Assembly: GCA_973895155.1 (NCBI GenBank)
Contig: OZ316892.1
Location: 12,402,238-12,466,237 of the forward strand
Length of the DNA: 64,000 nucleotides
Direction of reading: 5' to 3'
From: Marsupella aquatica
Taxonomy: Eukaryota > Plantae > Marchantiophyta
Part shown: positions 24,701-38,939 of the stretch, in pieces
Numbering within the stretch: the first letter of the stretch is position 1
Layout of the letters: each line of letters opens with the position of its first letter
Made by a program: the position numbers and the translations under genes
Notes under the pieces: generated by a model
What the model was told of the DNA's origin: nothing
What the model saw: the letters and a program-made list of their open reading frames with translations, nothing else
The model's database searches: none

Positions 24701-26154
24701 AATTAATTAATTTTTGATTGTGCAGGAAGCAGAGAGTGCTATTACAGAGATGACCGGTAAGTGGGGCATCTGATACTGGTACTTTCCTTTCAAATAGGTC
24801 ATTACAGAAGAAGTACGATTCCAGAGTTTGTTCTTAGAACTCTCTTTGCTTTCTCTTTTGATAGGAAAGTGGCTTGGAAGTAGGCCCATACGCTGTAATT
24901 GGGCTACGAAGACGAATATGGGGACAGGCTCAGATGAGGGACATGCATCGTCCAGTGGTGCAGTAACAAGTAGCGGTGTGGATCTCCTCGTGGGAATTAC
25001 CTCTCCTAAGCCCGTGCCGGGTAAATTACTTAGTCCTTTTTATGTGTACTGTATTTTGAAAAGTTTACTGTGCACGTAGGCATATTGGTTATTTTTCCCT
25101 ACTTTCTTGTAACACAAAAATGCCGTGGAAAACGTGCTTTTCGTAATGCAGATCTCCATCAGCAAGAAGAACAGCACCATGAGGAATCCCAAATCGAAAC
25201 ACCAGAGAACAATCCCCAATTCACCACAGTATATGTTGGGAACTTGGCACATGAAGTATGCAATTTTCTCATCTCGAACATATTGATTTCGACAACGCAG
25301 ATGTATAAGAACTGTTGTATGGCTACAGGCAATTGTAGTTGGTGAATAGTTTTTGTACTCTTGGGGGTGAGAATATATGAAGCACATACTGATGTTATCT
25401 TGATTCTGCAGGTTACTCAAGCGGAATTGCATCGGCAGTTTCATTCCTTAGGAGCAGGCACAATTGAAGATGTTCGTGTGCAGCGGGATAAAGGTTTCGG
25501 TTTTGTCAGGTACCGTTTGCATGAAGAAGCAGCGTATGCTATCCAGGCTGCAAACGGACGAGTTATTTGTGGTAAATCTGTTAAAGTAAGTTGAGTCAGA
25601 CTTTCGGAGGTCAGTGCTATAACAATGTTACGTACTGCTGGTTTCGTTTGGTTAGTCTAACTGAATTGCACCGATGTTCTACTGCCTATAGGATCGCACA
25701 AAGGTGCATTTGACCATCTTCCTAAGGTCATATCTTCTGGCTCTGGTTGAACCAAACTTAATTCGCTTTTCAGATTAGTGTGGATATTGACTTTTTTTCC
25801 TTTTTCTTCCTGTTCCAGTGTTCATGGGGCAGTAAACCGACTCCACCGGGCACATCCTCTTCTCCTCTTCCTCCTCCCCCTCCAGTTGGGCCATTTCAAG
25901 GTTTGATAGCACAGACAGCAATTAATCCAGGATATACCACTGCTGACTTATTAGCCTATCAGCGACAATTAGGCATGGCGCAGTCAGCGGCTGCTGGTAG
26001 GGCTCTTTTACCGTTACCACATCAGCAGAACTTAGGGTTGGGCCTGAGTCAAACTCAACTAGGTGTGCAAGCAAGTCGGGCTATGTACGATGGTTTTCAA
26101 GCAAATGCTGCATTACAGACTGGCCAGGTTGCTCAGCAACGCAACTATTATTGA
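21772..26154 (+). CDS. UBP1: Oligouridylate-binding protein 1 (TIA-1-like, 3 RRMs), 12 exons
   Basis: Q-rich N-terminus, [75 protein letters not shown] exons 21772-21969, 22659-22720, 23216-23318, 23730-23806, 24032-24093, 24282-24369, 24495-24570, 24726-24756, 24865-25020, 25152-25255, 25412-25585, 25819-26154. Confidence 0.95.
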
Positions 26155-29100
26155 ATGTCGAAAAATGCCCGGAAGACTTCAGAGGTGCGTCCTCAATGAT
26201 GCAGGGGTCGTATTTGTCATTCTCAATCTTTTCTAGGATGACGTGCGCTAGCAGTTCATATCTGCTGTACCCTGCATATGTGGAAGCCCATCTGAAAACT
26301 TTCTGCCAGAGCTACGTTCCTAGAATTAGCCGCGGGGCAAAATCGAAGTCCTGATAATCAACTAGCACAAGTTTGGAACGGGAGAGAGCGCTTTGGAAGT
26401 GGGCAATCATTCTCCTTAGGTAGTCTAGTTTTGTCTATCACTGATAGTCTCTTGTTCACGTGGCCTAGTGGTCTTCTACACCGGTCTCACGAGGAATGCT
26501 TAGTAAAAATACCTTACAACATGGAGATTTTGGTTGGCGTTGACTTATTTATGGAGATACATAAGAGAACAAGGTCGTGGAGAAGCATTTTGGTCAGCTG
26601 TGGTGACGTTTTTGCACCCGTTAAGACATCCGTGATTTGGACATCTGTGTCTACGAATTGGTAGCCTTTTGAACTTGCCTGCTTTGTTGGTCACTAATAT
26701 CCGGTTTGCTGGGGACAGCAAGTCAGGGGCTGCAAGTCCTTTCTGCCTCATGCGTTTTGAGTCTGGTCTGAGTTTGCCTGGTCCGCGGTTTCTTAAATTG
26801 AGATAGTCTTTCAGAGGAACTGATACCCAACACCTGAAATCCTGCAGTCAAGACAGGCACATTCAAGGGTTTTGAATGATTCAGTTTAGTTCTTAGTTGT
26901 GGCACAAAATCATGAGCTGAGATATTTAGGCTGGACCACAATTTCAGTGGCAAATTTGGCTGTCATCCTGTTAACTGATCGGGTTCTACGTTTCTTAGAC
27001 ATATAGTCAATGTCACTGGCAGAAAGGGGACTTATTGTATTTAGGTGGAATTTCTCTCTTCTGTAGTAGTCTGAAAAGAATTCTTAATCCCCTGGGTTTA
27101 TCAATTAATGTGTTGCTTCCACACGAAGTTGACCTAGCTGCTTCACAGGGGATTTGGAATGACCCGATTCAAAATTTCGAGTCAGGGGATGACGTAGATT
27201 CAAATCTTTGAGTCAGGGGATGACGTAGTGCCCAAACTGGTGGGTCCCAGTAACTTCACATCAAAACATCAAAATATGAATATACTGTGTATGACATCCC
27301 TTGATACCATGTGTATGACATCCCTTGACACCATGTGTACTACATACTTTGATACCATGAAGACTTAATTATTTTACTTAAATCAATGAGTACACAGCTT
27401 ATGTCATCACATTTTGATGTGTGATTAACTCCAGGGCAGGCTGGTGCAACCCGCAATTGCATATTAGATCAGAATAGAATATAATAAGATATGGTATATG
27501 ACATCCTTCCATGACATCCTTCCATACCATGATCCACCTAATTATTTTGTTTAAATCACACTACATCTTGATGTGCAAGTTCCGTCACCTGGCTAGGCAT
27601 AAGACTCCTGTAGTCTGGGAAGTAGCATCATTGCGCTAAGGAGCAGATTTTAAGGAGGTCAATGTGAACCTGAAATGAATGGAGATTAACTCCAGATATT
27701 GGGTCACTTTCTCAATTAGGTACGTCCATCCTTTAACAACAGATTTGAGAGGCTGAACATTGCACTGAAAGTGTTTGGAGGATGAAACTAAGAAAATGAA
27801 AATGTGGAACCCCCTCAAGGCCGACATCAGAAGAACCTAACCGGAAGATCTAACAACTTTATCTATTCTGGTGACAGTCAACACGTAATCAAGTGTGGAA
27901 GGGTGTAAAGAAAACTGGCCATATCCCAAATGGAGACTGACACCTCATTAATGAACATCAAACTTCATGGTTACAGTCAAAAGGTAAACAAGGGTAGACT
28001 GAACAAAATTAAGAAGCATTTCAGCCAAATTGATGGGAATAATGTCAATGTTCGCAAAAGATGATACTCCTCCATCCGTTATGTAACTTTGATTTGGGTT
28101 TGAATCCTATGGAGAAACTCCATCATAATATGATTACCATCATTAGCAACTAAACATGAGCTCCACATGGGCGTGTGCCTTCTTGGTTACCTTGCCTTAC
28201 CTACTTGCCAACTTAATCTAGCAAGGACTAGAATCTAAGTTGCAAGCTGTTAAAAACGCCATGAACAATTGAAGCCATTACACAGCTGGCACTCATTCTT
28301 GTAATCGGAGATGTAAAGAATTTTTTTCTTTGGTAAGTTTTCCATCTAGGTCAGGATGGGTGAAACAAAGACCTAGCTCATTGGATGGGCAATTTGACTA
28401 GATATTTATATGGGCCCAAACAATGAGATTATATGGTTGTGGCATAGACTACCACATTCCTCCAATGGAGCAGTATGTGATTATAACACCAGGGTGGTGT
28501 TACATGGTGGTCAGTACATAAATGTTTGTCACAACAAGGATTTAGGGTTTATGTGGGGATGAATGATGCTGACAGAACCAGACAACTCACACCACATAAG
28601 ATAGGATTGTAGGAGAGGTGAGAACAAATGCTATCCATGTCATAGGAACCATGGAGGTTGTGAGGCTCCATGATTACTTTGTTGTTTTGATCAAAGAGCT
28701 AGATTGATGTTGGAAAGCACTGCAGACTTGTCATACTATAGCCAGAATAGAGAACACGCTCTATTTTACATTTACAAAGTTAGAGAATTGAGTGGGGCTG
28801 GAATGGAGTGAAACTTTATTGAATATTAAGACTCCCGTGCCTCTCCCTCTCTAAGTACTGTCTGTTATTGATTAAGAACACATTATGGGGCCACACCTGC
28901 CCTATTGCTTCAGCAAGACTCAATTACACATCGTGCTTTTGAGGAGTCATATTGCTTCAGAGACACTCAAATACAATGTAGTGCTTTTGTGCAGTGTCTT
29001 GTTGCTTCAAAAAGACTCATCTGAATGCTGTACTTTTGTGCACTGTCTTATTGTTTCCGAGAGATTCACTTTACAATGCCATGGATCAAAGTGGTCTTAT

Positions 29101-30659
29101 ATTTGAATTTTTTACCTCAATGTCTGAAAAAGCTTCACTCTATACTCTACCAGACAAGAATTTCAGGTTTAGCTAATCCTAAAAGCAACACATAAAAAGG
29201 TGGCTTAACCAAGGTCATGCATTCTCAGCATGCCACATCAAGGTTGTTTATGGGCTTAGGAAGCGCAAGCTTGGTACAATTCCGGCAAAGCCCTATTGCC
29301 TTGCGTAGAATGTTGTTTTGACAAAAAAATTAATTGTATTCCAAAATAAAAATGTGACCATACGCCTAATGAATTCAAACGGCCACTGCGGCAAAGACCA
29401 GCCAGGCACAAAGACGGTAGACCCAAAAGGGCCAGACCACATGATACTTGACCATTGCAATGCCGAGAACCATCCAATGGAACCCAAGAACATCAACTAA
29501 CAGCCTTGGGCTTGGGGGTCTCACTACATAGAGGCCCCCCATCACCTGCAACGTTTTAAGCTGTGCACCCCCTAAAATGTAAGAATTGTTTTTAATTTTT
29601 AAAACCCTATAAGGTTGGAATATTCCAAAATTTTGATTGAAATGGCCCGAATGTTATTACAAGACTCAAAATTGGAGTTAAAAGACCCCAAAGTTCTTCC
29701 ACAATTTTTTAAAGTCTTGCCTTAAACCAATAAAACTGCCCTATTCTTCGTCGGACTTGATTTGCCGATTCTATGGAAGTGAAACCCTGAAGCCTTGGGT
29801 TGGGAGTGGATGAAGTTTTTTAACCTTAAAAATATACTTGAGAACTTAGTTATGTATATGGGCGAAGAGTCCCATCGTCCCTGAGGAGCTCCCTGAGAAG
29901 GGGACTACTAGTGCTAGTGTGTCGATGAAAGTTGGATCTCTAACAATGCAATGAGCCCTAGCTATGAATAGCATTTTGCAGGCTGCACCCTTGAGTCCTT
30001 CCATCTGCCCCACTTATGCCAGGCACCACACATATGATGAATTGCCTCTGGACATTGAAGATGATCCCACACCTGTCTGAATCTAGACTCAAATATCACT
30101 ATTCCTACCATTGTTTGGTAGATTTTGATAATGACTTTATTGATCACGTCAATGTTTTCAGTCAATATTTGACTCAAGCTCGTCTTTCTTACACTTCTAG
30201 TATGCTGAAGAGTACTAGCAAGAACATTCACAACAACGCCATGGAGAATGACATGCACAAGAAACTAGGTACTAGAGTTAACTTGAAATGTGCTCAAAAA
30301 TTAAATGGGGTCTTCTAGATGCACAATTAGAGAATATTCTCTAATACATGCTTAAACATATGTGCTTTATAAACTAAAATAGACTGGTAAACATATATGA
30401 CACTAACACTCATTGTGATTTCTCCTTGTAAAGTAAGGGTATTGAAATTATGTCCAGATTGCAGGTGGTCTCCCTAGAAATCAGTAAGTGAGCCCCCCAA
30501 GTAGCAAAAAACTTGGGTGTATTCTGCTTTGTGATGTTAGTCAAGAGGTTTGACCTAGTTTTCTTCTTCTCTAGTAAGCGTATATCCTAACCTTTTCATT
30601 CCATGGGTCAATAATGTCCATGCCATGGTCCAATTTCAGTTTCTAACTACTGGTTTCCA

Positions 30660-31720
30660 GCCTTCCACGCAATCTCTGCCCACTTAGAATTAAAGATCTT
30701 GCTCACCAAAAATAATGTCACTCTCATCTCTCTTACAAGGTTGCCAAAAACCTTTTTCAAACTCCAGGATCATAGGGGTGCCATTGACTTGGCTCAATTA
30801 GGTTTATGTTTATCTCTTGGAAACTTGTTGTAATCCTTTGCCCGTTTAATTCTCATTCTTCAATATGATACATCTTTCCATCAAAAAGTACCAAGATAAT
30901 GATCACAATCTTAGTCTCAAATCTGAATTGCTTAAGTCACCACTTTGCATCTATTCTCAAGTGATCTAAGGATTCAGACCACCCTGCTTCAATCATAACA
31001 GTGGGTCAGCCAAGATGCCCGACCTTATCAAACAAGTAGAGGTTTTAATAAAGAGCCCTCAGCCTGAGAACTACGTGCTATCAGCTCTAGGAAAAATTTT
31101 GAGATTTGAATAACACAAATGTCATCTCTCACTCCTATCACTTGGGGGATCGACTACAAAAAAATTTGGAATCACGTGCGATCCAAAATAGATATCTTTG
31201 ATGTTAATGAGTTAGATTTCTAAAAAGTGTAGGGAGTAAAAAACAAGTTCTAAAAAGTCAAATTTATAGAAAAATCTCTCATATGTACTTTTTATAAAGT
31301 AAAGTATGTAATTAATGCTGAAAATAGAAAATATCCTTAAAATGTATCTTTAATAAAATAGGAATATAATATTAGGCTATGATCGCACGCGATATTCTAA
31401 AATATACACTAATTTAATCCTCTTAGCCCATCACTTGACACTTGCAACCACAATATATGAGAAATTTGTGTGCAATGCTTTGTGATGTACAGAGTAAAGA
31501 CATCAATTTAACAATCAACAGATTTTCAATCGTGTAATGCCTAAATTTGACATCCTTACCTATCCATTTTGATCATGATCTATCTTAACAAGTTGTGATA
31601 GAGTGACTGGCTGGAAAAAAAATACTGATCCCTTGAAATACCTCTTTGCAACAAGAGGCATTGGGCTTCAATAATCTTGGACTTATCCTTCATCTCCCTC
31701 AAATGTATCAGGCTCTTTGT
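30660..31720 (-). pseudogene. Decayed PD-(D/E)xK-like nuclease gene of a family I recall mainly from fungi (Crinkler/Uma2-like), interrupted by MITE copy 2
   Basis: Manual minus-strand translation: QY..FQPVTLSQLVKIDHD..IGKDVKFRHYTIENLLIVKLM [MITE] ..*PTVMIEAGWSESLDHLRIDAKW*LKQFRFETKIVIIILV..IEE*E..QEINI..NGTPMILEFEK..ESDIIF..DL..KWAEIAW. Stops fall at expected Trp codons (TGG>TGA). Confidence 0.6.
31142..31425. mobile_element. MITE (~285 bp), copy 2, more degraded
   Basis: Colinear with 17411-17696; degenerate TSD TCCTATCAC / GCCCATCAC. Confidence 0.8.
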
Positions 31721-34631
31721 ATATTAAACATATGGGTGTCCAAGACAGAGAGAAAATTTTGGCCATAGTTATGGAAAATCTGTTGGTGGCAATGTTCAAA
31801 TCTTCCCACGTTGTCATCATCTCAACACTACAGAATCAAACAAACGTGTTTCACCTACTTACTAAAAAGCTCAATATTGATAAAAACAGTATATAAAAAA
31901 GAGAATCTTGGAACTTGATTCAACCTGGTACAAGCACCTAGAATGGATGCAATGCTAAAGGTTGAGGATCAAGCTTCTTATGTTTCCTTTATGAAAATGT
32001 CACTAAACGTGATTTCATTAAAATGTGATCTCAAAAATTCAAATACAATGGGCGAGTGAAGATTTTGAATTCTCAATAGCTGCATAATCAAATAAGTTAG
32101 CCAAATTTGTGCTGGGTAGTTAGGAGGAGATAGAAGAGGCAAGGGATGGATTTCATAGTAACTTTGGTAGTTTGCATGGACAAACTGTTTTGTGTGTTTG
32201 CAAAAGTTGTGTCTCCTGCAAACTTGAAACCATCGAGCACACAATGCAATGCACATGCCCCGATTCAGCCCGATGTCATAGTACATTTGGATGGTATTCT
32301 TTAACTAACCCAAAACTAGCACATTCAAGCTTTGAAGATGATAATTATTATCAGAGTTGAGTGCATCAATTGATCATCTCCATGCATTGTAAAATGTATT
32401 ACAAATCAAAATTAGTTTGTGGACCCCTAGCTCTTTTGTTTAGCGTGTACAACGCAAGATCTTATATGTATTTGGATAAGTGGAATGACTTGTGATGAGA
32501 GTTTTTGATGTTAAGATTGAATGTAATAGATTATTCATTACTTGTTTGTTTTTCTTTTGAGTTAGGAGATTAATTCATGCGGGATATTTGCATTGGAAAA
32601 TGAGTAATATTGAATATGCATTTATTGAAAATGATTGTATGAATACATCAAAGTGTTTGGTTAACTCATATTTTGGATCCCAAAAAGCTTAGATGTGATT
32701 GGGGCCTATAAACCTATCTGAACATGAAAAAAAAACATACAAGTCTTCAAGAAAATTAGAGGAGCTTGTGGATTATTTCTAGCTGCAAGTAGAGCTCCCA
32801 AATGTACAATTGAAGATGAATCTATCTGTCCGCCTTTCTTGTATGGGAGTTTTGAGATGCAATCTAAGACCTATTTTTGAAGAAACTGTTGGATGGGTCC
32901 TTGCACATTGCAAATGTTTCCAAAAATATCTTGGAGGGTCTACAAATTTTTTCGCATATTTTGCAATATTCTTGTGCAGGGTAGGGTTTAGGATCAATCA
33001 GGACAGTATGGAAACATAGTTTAGGTAGGGGCAGGGTTGAAGCTATCGGAAGACTAGAAAAGCATAGATTAGCAACAAACCCGCAATCACTAGGGGCAGT
33101 TATGAGTCCTAATTTTTGAGCTAAACAAACAACATCCATGAAGCGAGGTATAGCATTTAATTTGAATGGAAAGATGCACGTTTACCAATTCTCTAAAATT
33201 TGGGTGGATAGAACAGCTAGGAAGAAACATGATTTCAGTAATTGACCAGGATTTAATCCTGCCCATTTCAATCTTCTACACAAACATGGAGGAATACATA
33301 GTGGGATTGCATATTATAGTAATAAATTACATCCCATGGTCTTTGGCTCAGATTACATAATCATTGTTGCATCCCACGCCTTCACATATATTATTACATC
33401 CCATGGTATTTGGCTGAGATATATTGTAACATCCCATCGCCTTTGGCAAAGAGATACATCTCATTATGGACCCCCATGGGAAGTTCTCTCCAAAATTCCT
33501 GGATGCACTTGCGCCACATCAGCCACATCAACATGATATGCAAACAAGATGCATTAGTTACGCAAGAAAAACCAAATTTGAGTATTTGTGTTTGAGGCAA
33601 GGCAAAGGAAAACAGTTAGACCCAATAACAGTGTAATTGTAAAAACAATGGAAAATTGAAAGTAACATTTCAAGTAAACAAAGAAAAAGGTAAAATAGGA
33701 GTGAAAGAAAATAATCTTTGGATGAGTTGTGATTGATATGTCTAAGTTTTCTGGTATTCTATTTGAATTTTTCTATTTAATTAAACATTTTTAAAATAAT
33801 GACAAGTAGAAAGAAACTCTTAAAAACTACTCTAACATTTGCCAAGGTAAACAAGAAACCAAATAAACTTTACAACTTCTCTAACATTTACCAAGGTAAC
33901 TTAAGAAACCCTTTGGCTACTATGGATCAAGGAGTAACAAACAAAGGTAAGATACACCATAACTACTATGGACAACGTAATATTTTGCATAAACTATATG
34001 AAATGTTACATGTATTGTATAGACATAGAGGTACTAAGGGAAAAAATTTGCATGGAGAATTACACTTGGCATTACCATGAATGTACTTCAATTTGAAAAT
34101 AAAGAAATTTGTCCTAACTACCTTTAAAGTTTACTTCATCTGGAATCCTCTATTTAATCTTTGTACTCATCTATCTATTTCAATGTGCAACTCTTCATGA
34201 CTCAAAATAGTTCAATAAAACAATATTAAATAACCAAGGGGTCCTTGAACGAATTAATAAGATTTCATGAACGGATAATTGTCCTAGTATATTATTACAT
34301 CCCATCCCATGGTAGTTTTTTGTTTTGAAAGAAAAAGTATATTATTACATACCATCCCATTGTCTCTTTTTTGTCTTCAAAGAAATTGAGTATAAGAACA
34401 CTGAGTGGACTCTCCCCACCCCAATAGTAACATTCATTCCTTGTAGGCAATAGATTTCAGGGTGAGCCGCCACTGATCCAAGAGCCACCCGCACCAAGAG
34501 TGAGAGAAAATTAAATCAAGGACACAAAGTGAGCAACCAGGGGCCCAGGAGATTCAGAACTACAATCCACTATCCCCAAAACCCCATTCCACTAACACAC
34601 ACATCTACCCCTCCACACCTGTCTGTGTGGA

Positions 34632-34662
34632 TGGGGAAATGGGGAAATGGGGAAATGGGGAA
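34632..34662. repeat. (GGGGAAAT)n short tandem repeat
   Basis: Four near-complete units; G4-compatible G-runs. Confidence 0.85.
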
Positions 34663-35548
34663 TTGAACCTGGGACCTTTCACATGCCATGGTCTTGGCAC
34701 GGATATAAATGATTGATGCCGGAATGGGGACTACAGTAGAGGCCGTTGATTAATAGTATAGGGGGGATGGTTGGCGAGCGAGTGAGGGTCCGGCCCGGCC
34801 GCACAGAAGCAGGTACGGTGGGATAGGTTCGTTGGCGGGGGCTAGATCTGAACGGGGTCGGAGGCTTCCGGAGCTCCGCGCTTTCCGGACAATTTACCCT
34901 CCGAGCCCTCTTTCCTTTCTTCAAGCAAAAGCTCCACTCTTCTGTAAACGCTCGCTTCTCGACACCCTTTTTCTCCATCTTCATGCTCGCCAATACTGTA
35001 ATACTCTCTCGTCTCTCGTCGATGTAAAGCGCCACTTTCTCTCGCTCTCTCTCTCGCTCCCTCTCTCCGGGTTCTTCTCTCCGGTTTTAGTGCCTCTTCT
35101 CTCGCCTCTCGTCGTTGTAAAGGTCGAGAGAAACGAAAATTACGGGCTGGGCTTGAAGCGATGCTGTAGTAGAATTCGCGTCTTCGTAGCAAAGATTCGG
35201 CGTGCTGAATTACTGAGCCCCACGCGTGTCTGCCTTCTGGGATTTGGTTTCATGTTTGGATTCGTACATTCGGGTCAGGGACGAGGGCGGAGCTCAGGAG
35301 ATTGGAGTGGAGCGTTTGTGGGCATTGAATCTGTTTCTCTCTCTCGGCGTTCTCTTTTGTTCTTGGAGAAGGGTAGGTCTTTGTGCGCGGGACGAAGGAC
35401 GAGAGAGACGAGGCGGAGGATCCTATAATTCTTTGAAGCTGGCAGTTAGGTTTTGAGGATCGTTTCGGTCAGAGTAGTGATCGAAAGATAGGAATTGGGT
35501 GTCTCAAGTCGGTCGAGGCGAAAGGGCGGTTTGGGAGGAAGTGGAGGG

Positions 35549-37994
35549 ATGGAAGGGGGAGATCAATCGGAATCAGTGCAGCAATTTTGTGCTGTGACAG
35601 CGGCAACTCCAGAGCAGGCGCGGTTCTTCTTAGAGAGTTGTCAATGGCAGCTCGAGACTGCGATCCACTCGTTCTTCGAAAATGATGCGGGACCGGCACC
35701 GATTTCCCCGCAAGATTATGACGAGCAGCGGGAGGAAGAGGAGGAGGAAGAGGAAGAGGACGACGATGATGAGGAGTTTCTTCCTCCCGGTGCGGCGTCT
35801 AGAACTGCAACCTCTGCTGCAACACCTGCACCGGCACCTGCGACAGTTGCTGGTTCTGGACAGAATCCGTGGGGCACGCGCTCCTCGGGGCCAACGCAAG
35901 GGTCAGGGGCTTTTGGAGCAGCGAGTGGTGGTTCCAGACCAAAATCTGGCAAGGACAAAGCCGCAGCCAGGTCGAATGGTGGACGAGGGGGAATTACGAC
36001 ATTGTCCGATCTCAATAAGCATCCGGATTCGGATAGCGATTCGGACGGGCCTCAGGAGTACTACACCGGAGGAGAAAAGAGGTATACTGTTTCTGCCCTG
36101 CCTCCGGACGTTCAAAATATTTATTCTTCTAAGAATTGCGTAAATATGGAGCTTCGGATTATGTAAAGTGCTACTGATAGTGGCAGACAGTCGTCGGGCA
36201 CCGGTGAATTCTCGTTGTATGTGTTGTTGGTTACAGTTACTTTCTCACTTGTCCTGAGTCCACCTGGATTGGAAAGCGATGGTGTCATAGTAGTTCTTTC
36301 AATGTAACTCCCGACTTATTGGGACTTGGTTGTGAGATGGACCTTCCTTCGTGACTTGCACCCAACCATATCCTATTTTTTTCCAGCGAACTATCTTGGC
36401 ACTTCTAAGTCCGAGCGCTTGCGCCAAGTTTTAAATCTGTACTTTTGTACTATCTTTACTTTCCTTATGTGTGCCTTCCATCTTAAAAAGTTTTTTTGAC
36501 CTAGTTTCATTAGCAGCTGGGCACCTATGCCCCCATCTAGAGAGAACCCTTGACCTAGTTTCACATATTGTCGGCACCAAGTGGCGGATTACATTTACCT
36601 GTTAAGTGTGATTGTAGTGATGGATCGATATAGTGATTGTGTGCTCAGCCTCATGCTGAAAGTTGGGGTATGGGTTATATATCCCGGCAGAGCGGAGATG
36701 CCCAGTATAATGATATGCAGGACCCGTAGGGACGTTATTAATACAGTATCTTTTTTTAGGGTTAAAACCTATATTTTTCAGGAGCAGATGTTACGAATGG
36801 TTGAAAAGACAATGTTATAGATTCTTAAATTCACCGTATTTGGTTGCAGTGGTATGATGGTGCAAGATCCTACTCACAGAAATAACAGAGATGTGGATTC
36901 TATTTTTGATCGAGCTCGACAATTCGGAGCTAGAGAAGGGATTGAAGCTCCACCGGCTCCGAGTAACAGGGGAGCTTTCAGTGGTCAAGGACGAACTCTG
37001 TCAGGGGCAGTACCACAACAGGGGCAGACACCATCAGCACCTGCGCCACCAACACCTGTATTTCACACAATAACTTTCTGGAGAAATGGTTTCACAGTTG
37101 ACGACGGCCCTCTAAGAAGGCTAGATGATCCTGCCAATGCTCCGTTCCTCGCAGTGAGTATTACTAGGGCATTAATGATCATACTTGACTTTGTCCTTGG
37201 CATGGCGTTAGTCTTGAAACATAGCCATGGATCATCAGTCTTCTTCCCTTAGGCAAGATCATCACTATTAGTAAAAGGCGCAAAACGATTGTGGACGTTC
37301 AAGCAGTTTCCGGCTCTGTGACCGTGTACTGATCGATGACATATGTTGCAGAGTATCAACAAGACAGAGTGTCCACGGGAGTTGGAGCCAGCTGATCGAA
37401 ACACACCAGTGCACGTGAATCTTGTGAAGAAGGATGAAGAATTTCAGGTGTGGTGTGGAAACCGTCTCTCCTCAGCCATTTTTGCGGAACTGATGACTTT
37501 TAGCATATTTGTCCAGGCTGTGATAGCATACTCAAGATTTCATGTTAAAGCTCATAGAGCCCATGCGTGGTATACTGAAATGGTGCTGACGTTCGCATTT
37601 GTAGGCTCCGCCAGAACCGAAGTATGTGGCATTTCAAGGTACAGGGAGGACTCTTGGAAGCTCAAGTACACCAGTTGATGCATCTTCAGCCCCGCCTGCT
37701 GCAATAGCTGTTTCCAGGGAACCCGCAAATCAGCCATTACAAGGCTTGGTTGTCGATGATACAAAACCGGCTACTTCGATTCAGCTTCGCTTGCAGGACG
37801 GAACTCGTTTGGTTGCCCGCTTCAACCATTCGCACACTGTTGCAGATATTCGAGGTTTTATTGATGCTGCAAGACCTGGCCACTCAGGGCCTTACAGTTT
37901 ACAATCTATGGGCTTCCCTCCAAAGCAGCTATCTGACTCTACTCAGACTATCGAACAAGCAGGCCTTATAAATGCAGTTGTAATCCAAAAGTGA
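35549..37994 (+). CDS. Plant UBX domain protein, p47/NSFL1C-like (UBA-SEP-UBX; PUX3/4/5 family), 4 exons
   Basis: [22 protein letters not shown] (UBA), [35 protein letters not shown] (SEP), [10 protein letters not shown] (SHP box), [26 protein letters not shown] (UBX). Exons 35549-36081, 36850-37153, 37352-37447, 37605-37994. Confidence 0.95.
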
Positions 37995-38939
37995 CGAGGT
38001 AGTCCACGCAAATAAAAATTTCCTTTTTCTCACCAAGGGACAGTACTTATGGGAAGCAGTTCCTGGGTGGCCCGTTATTAGGTGGTCCCCGTCCATGGGA
38101 TTACAGTTGATGATTCTATAAATCTGATTATTCATCTGTGTGACTGGCCGGATTACGGTTTTAGGAGGTACTTCCATGTTGAAGACTGCTGTACATAGCT
38201 CAATTTCTCATCTGCAAGAGGATCAGAAGTGTTTCATGGGTTGCTACCTTACTTTGTAGGTAACTTTCTGGGACGTAGAAGCTGTAGTGACTCTGGTTTA
38301 TTTGTTGGACGTTGCAGTGTTCGACGTTTGGAAAGCGTTAATTCTGCTGATTGTCAAGCCGATATGTCTTGGCGACTTGGCCTTAGATCTACTGTAGGTT
38401 TCAGGCGGTTTATAGTCTTTTGCGGAGGGTTGCTTATCAGCACTTGAAGCAAGGTGGCTAGAAGGTTGAGTTTTTTCCGGATGCGAGGGCTTGATTTAGC
38501 AACAATCAGTGTAACCGATTAGGCTTTGCCAAGTTTGAGTGTTCGATTCCTGTGGATCAATCGGAAATATTGTGGAATGGCTGTCACTCGAGTAAATTAT
38601 GGTGCCCTCTGTAGCCTTGAGTTGGGCCCTCCTCCAAACACTGCGTCAATGTTTTAAGGTCACATGTATGTCGGAGCTGTAGATTATTCCAGATTCTAGG
38701 ACTTTGCTGAGTGGTACCTATATTCCCAAGAATTCTAACGTTGCTGGCTTTGTTGTTTGTTTTGGTGGCTCCGATTGCGTTGTGCTCTGTTGTCATTAAC
38801 ATCTCCAACTATTTTGTTCTCAATACGCAGCAATTGGGTTCTGGATTTTTTGCAATGCTTGTCTGTGAGAGTTCAAAGAGATTCCGAAATTAGAAAGGAC
38901 CTTTCACACAAGAAGACTGAGGAAGTAGAAACTCTTATT

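Noticed and set aside
27600-28750. Possible LINE relics here and at ~17750-18700
   Set aside because: Too degraded to show a diagnostic motif by eye.
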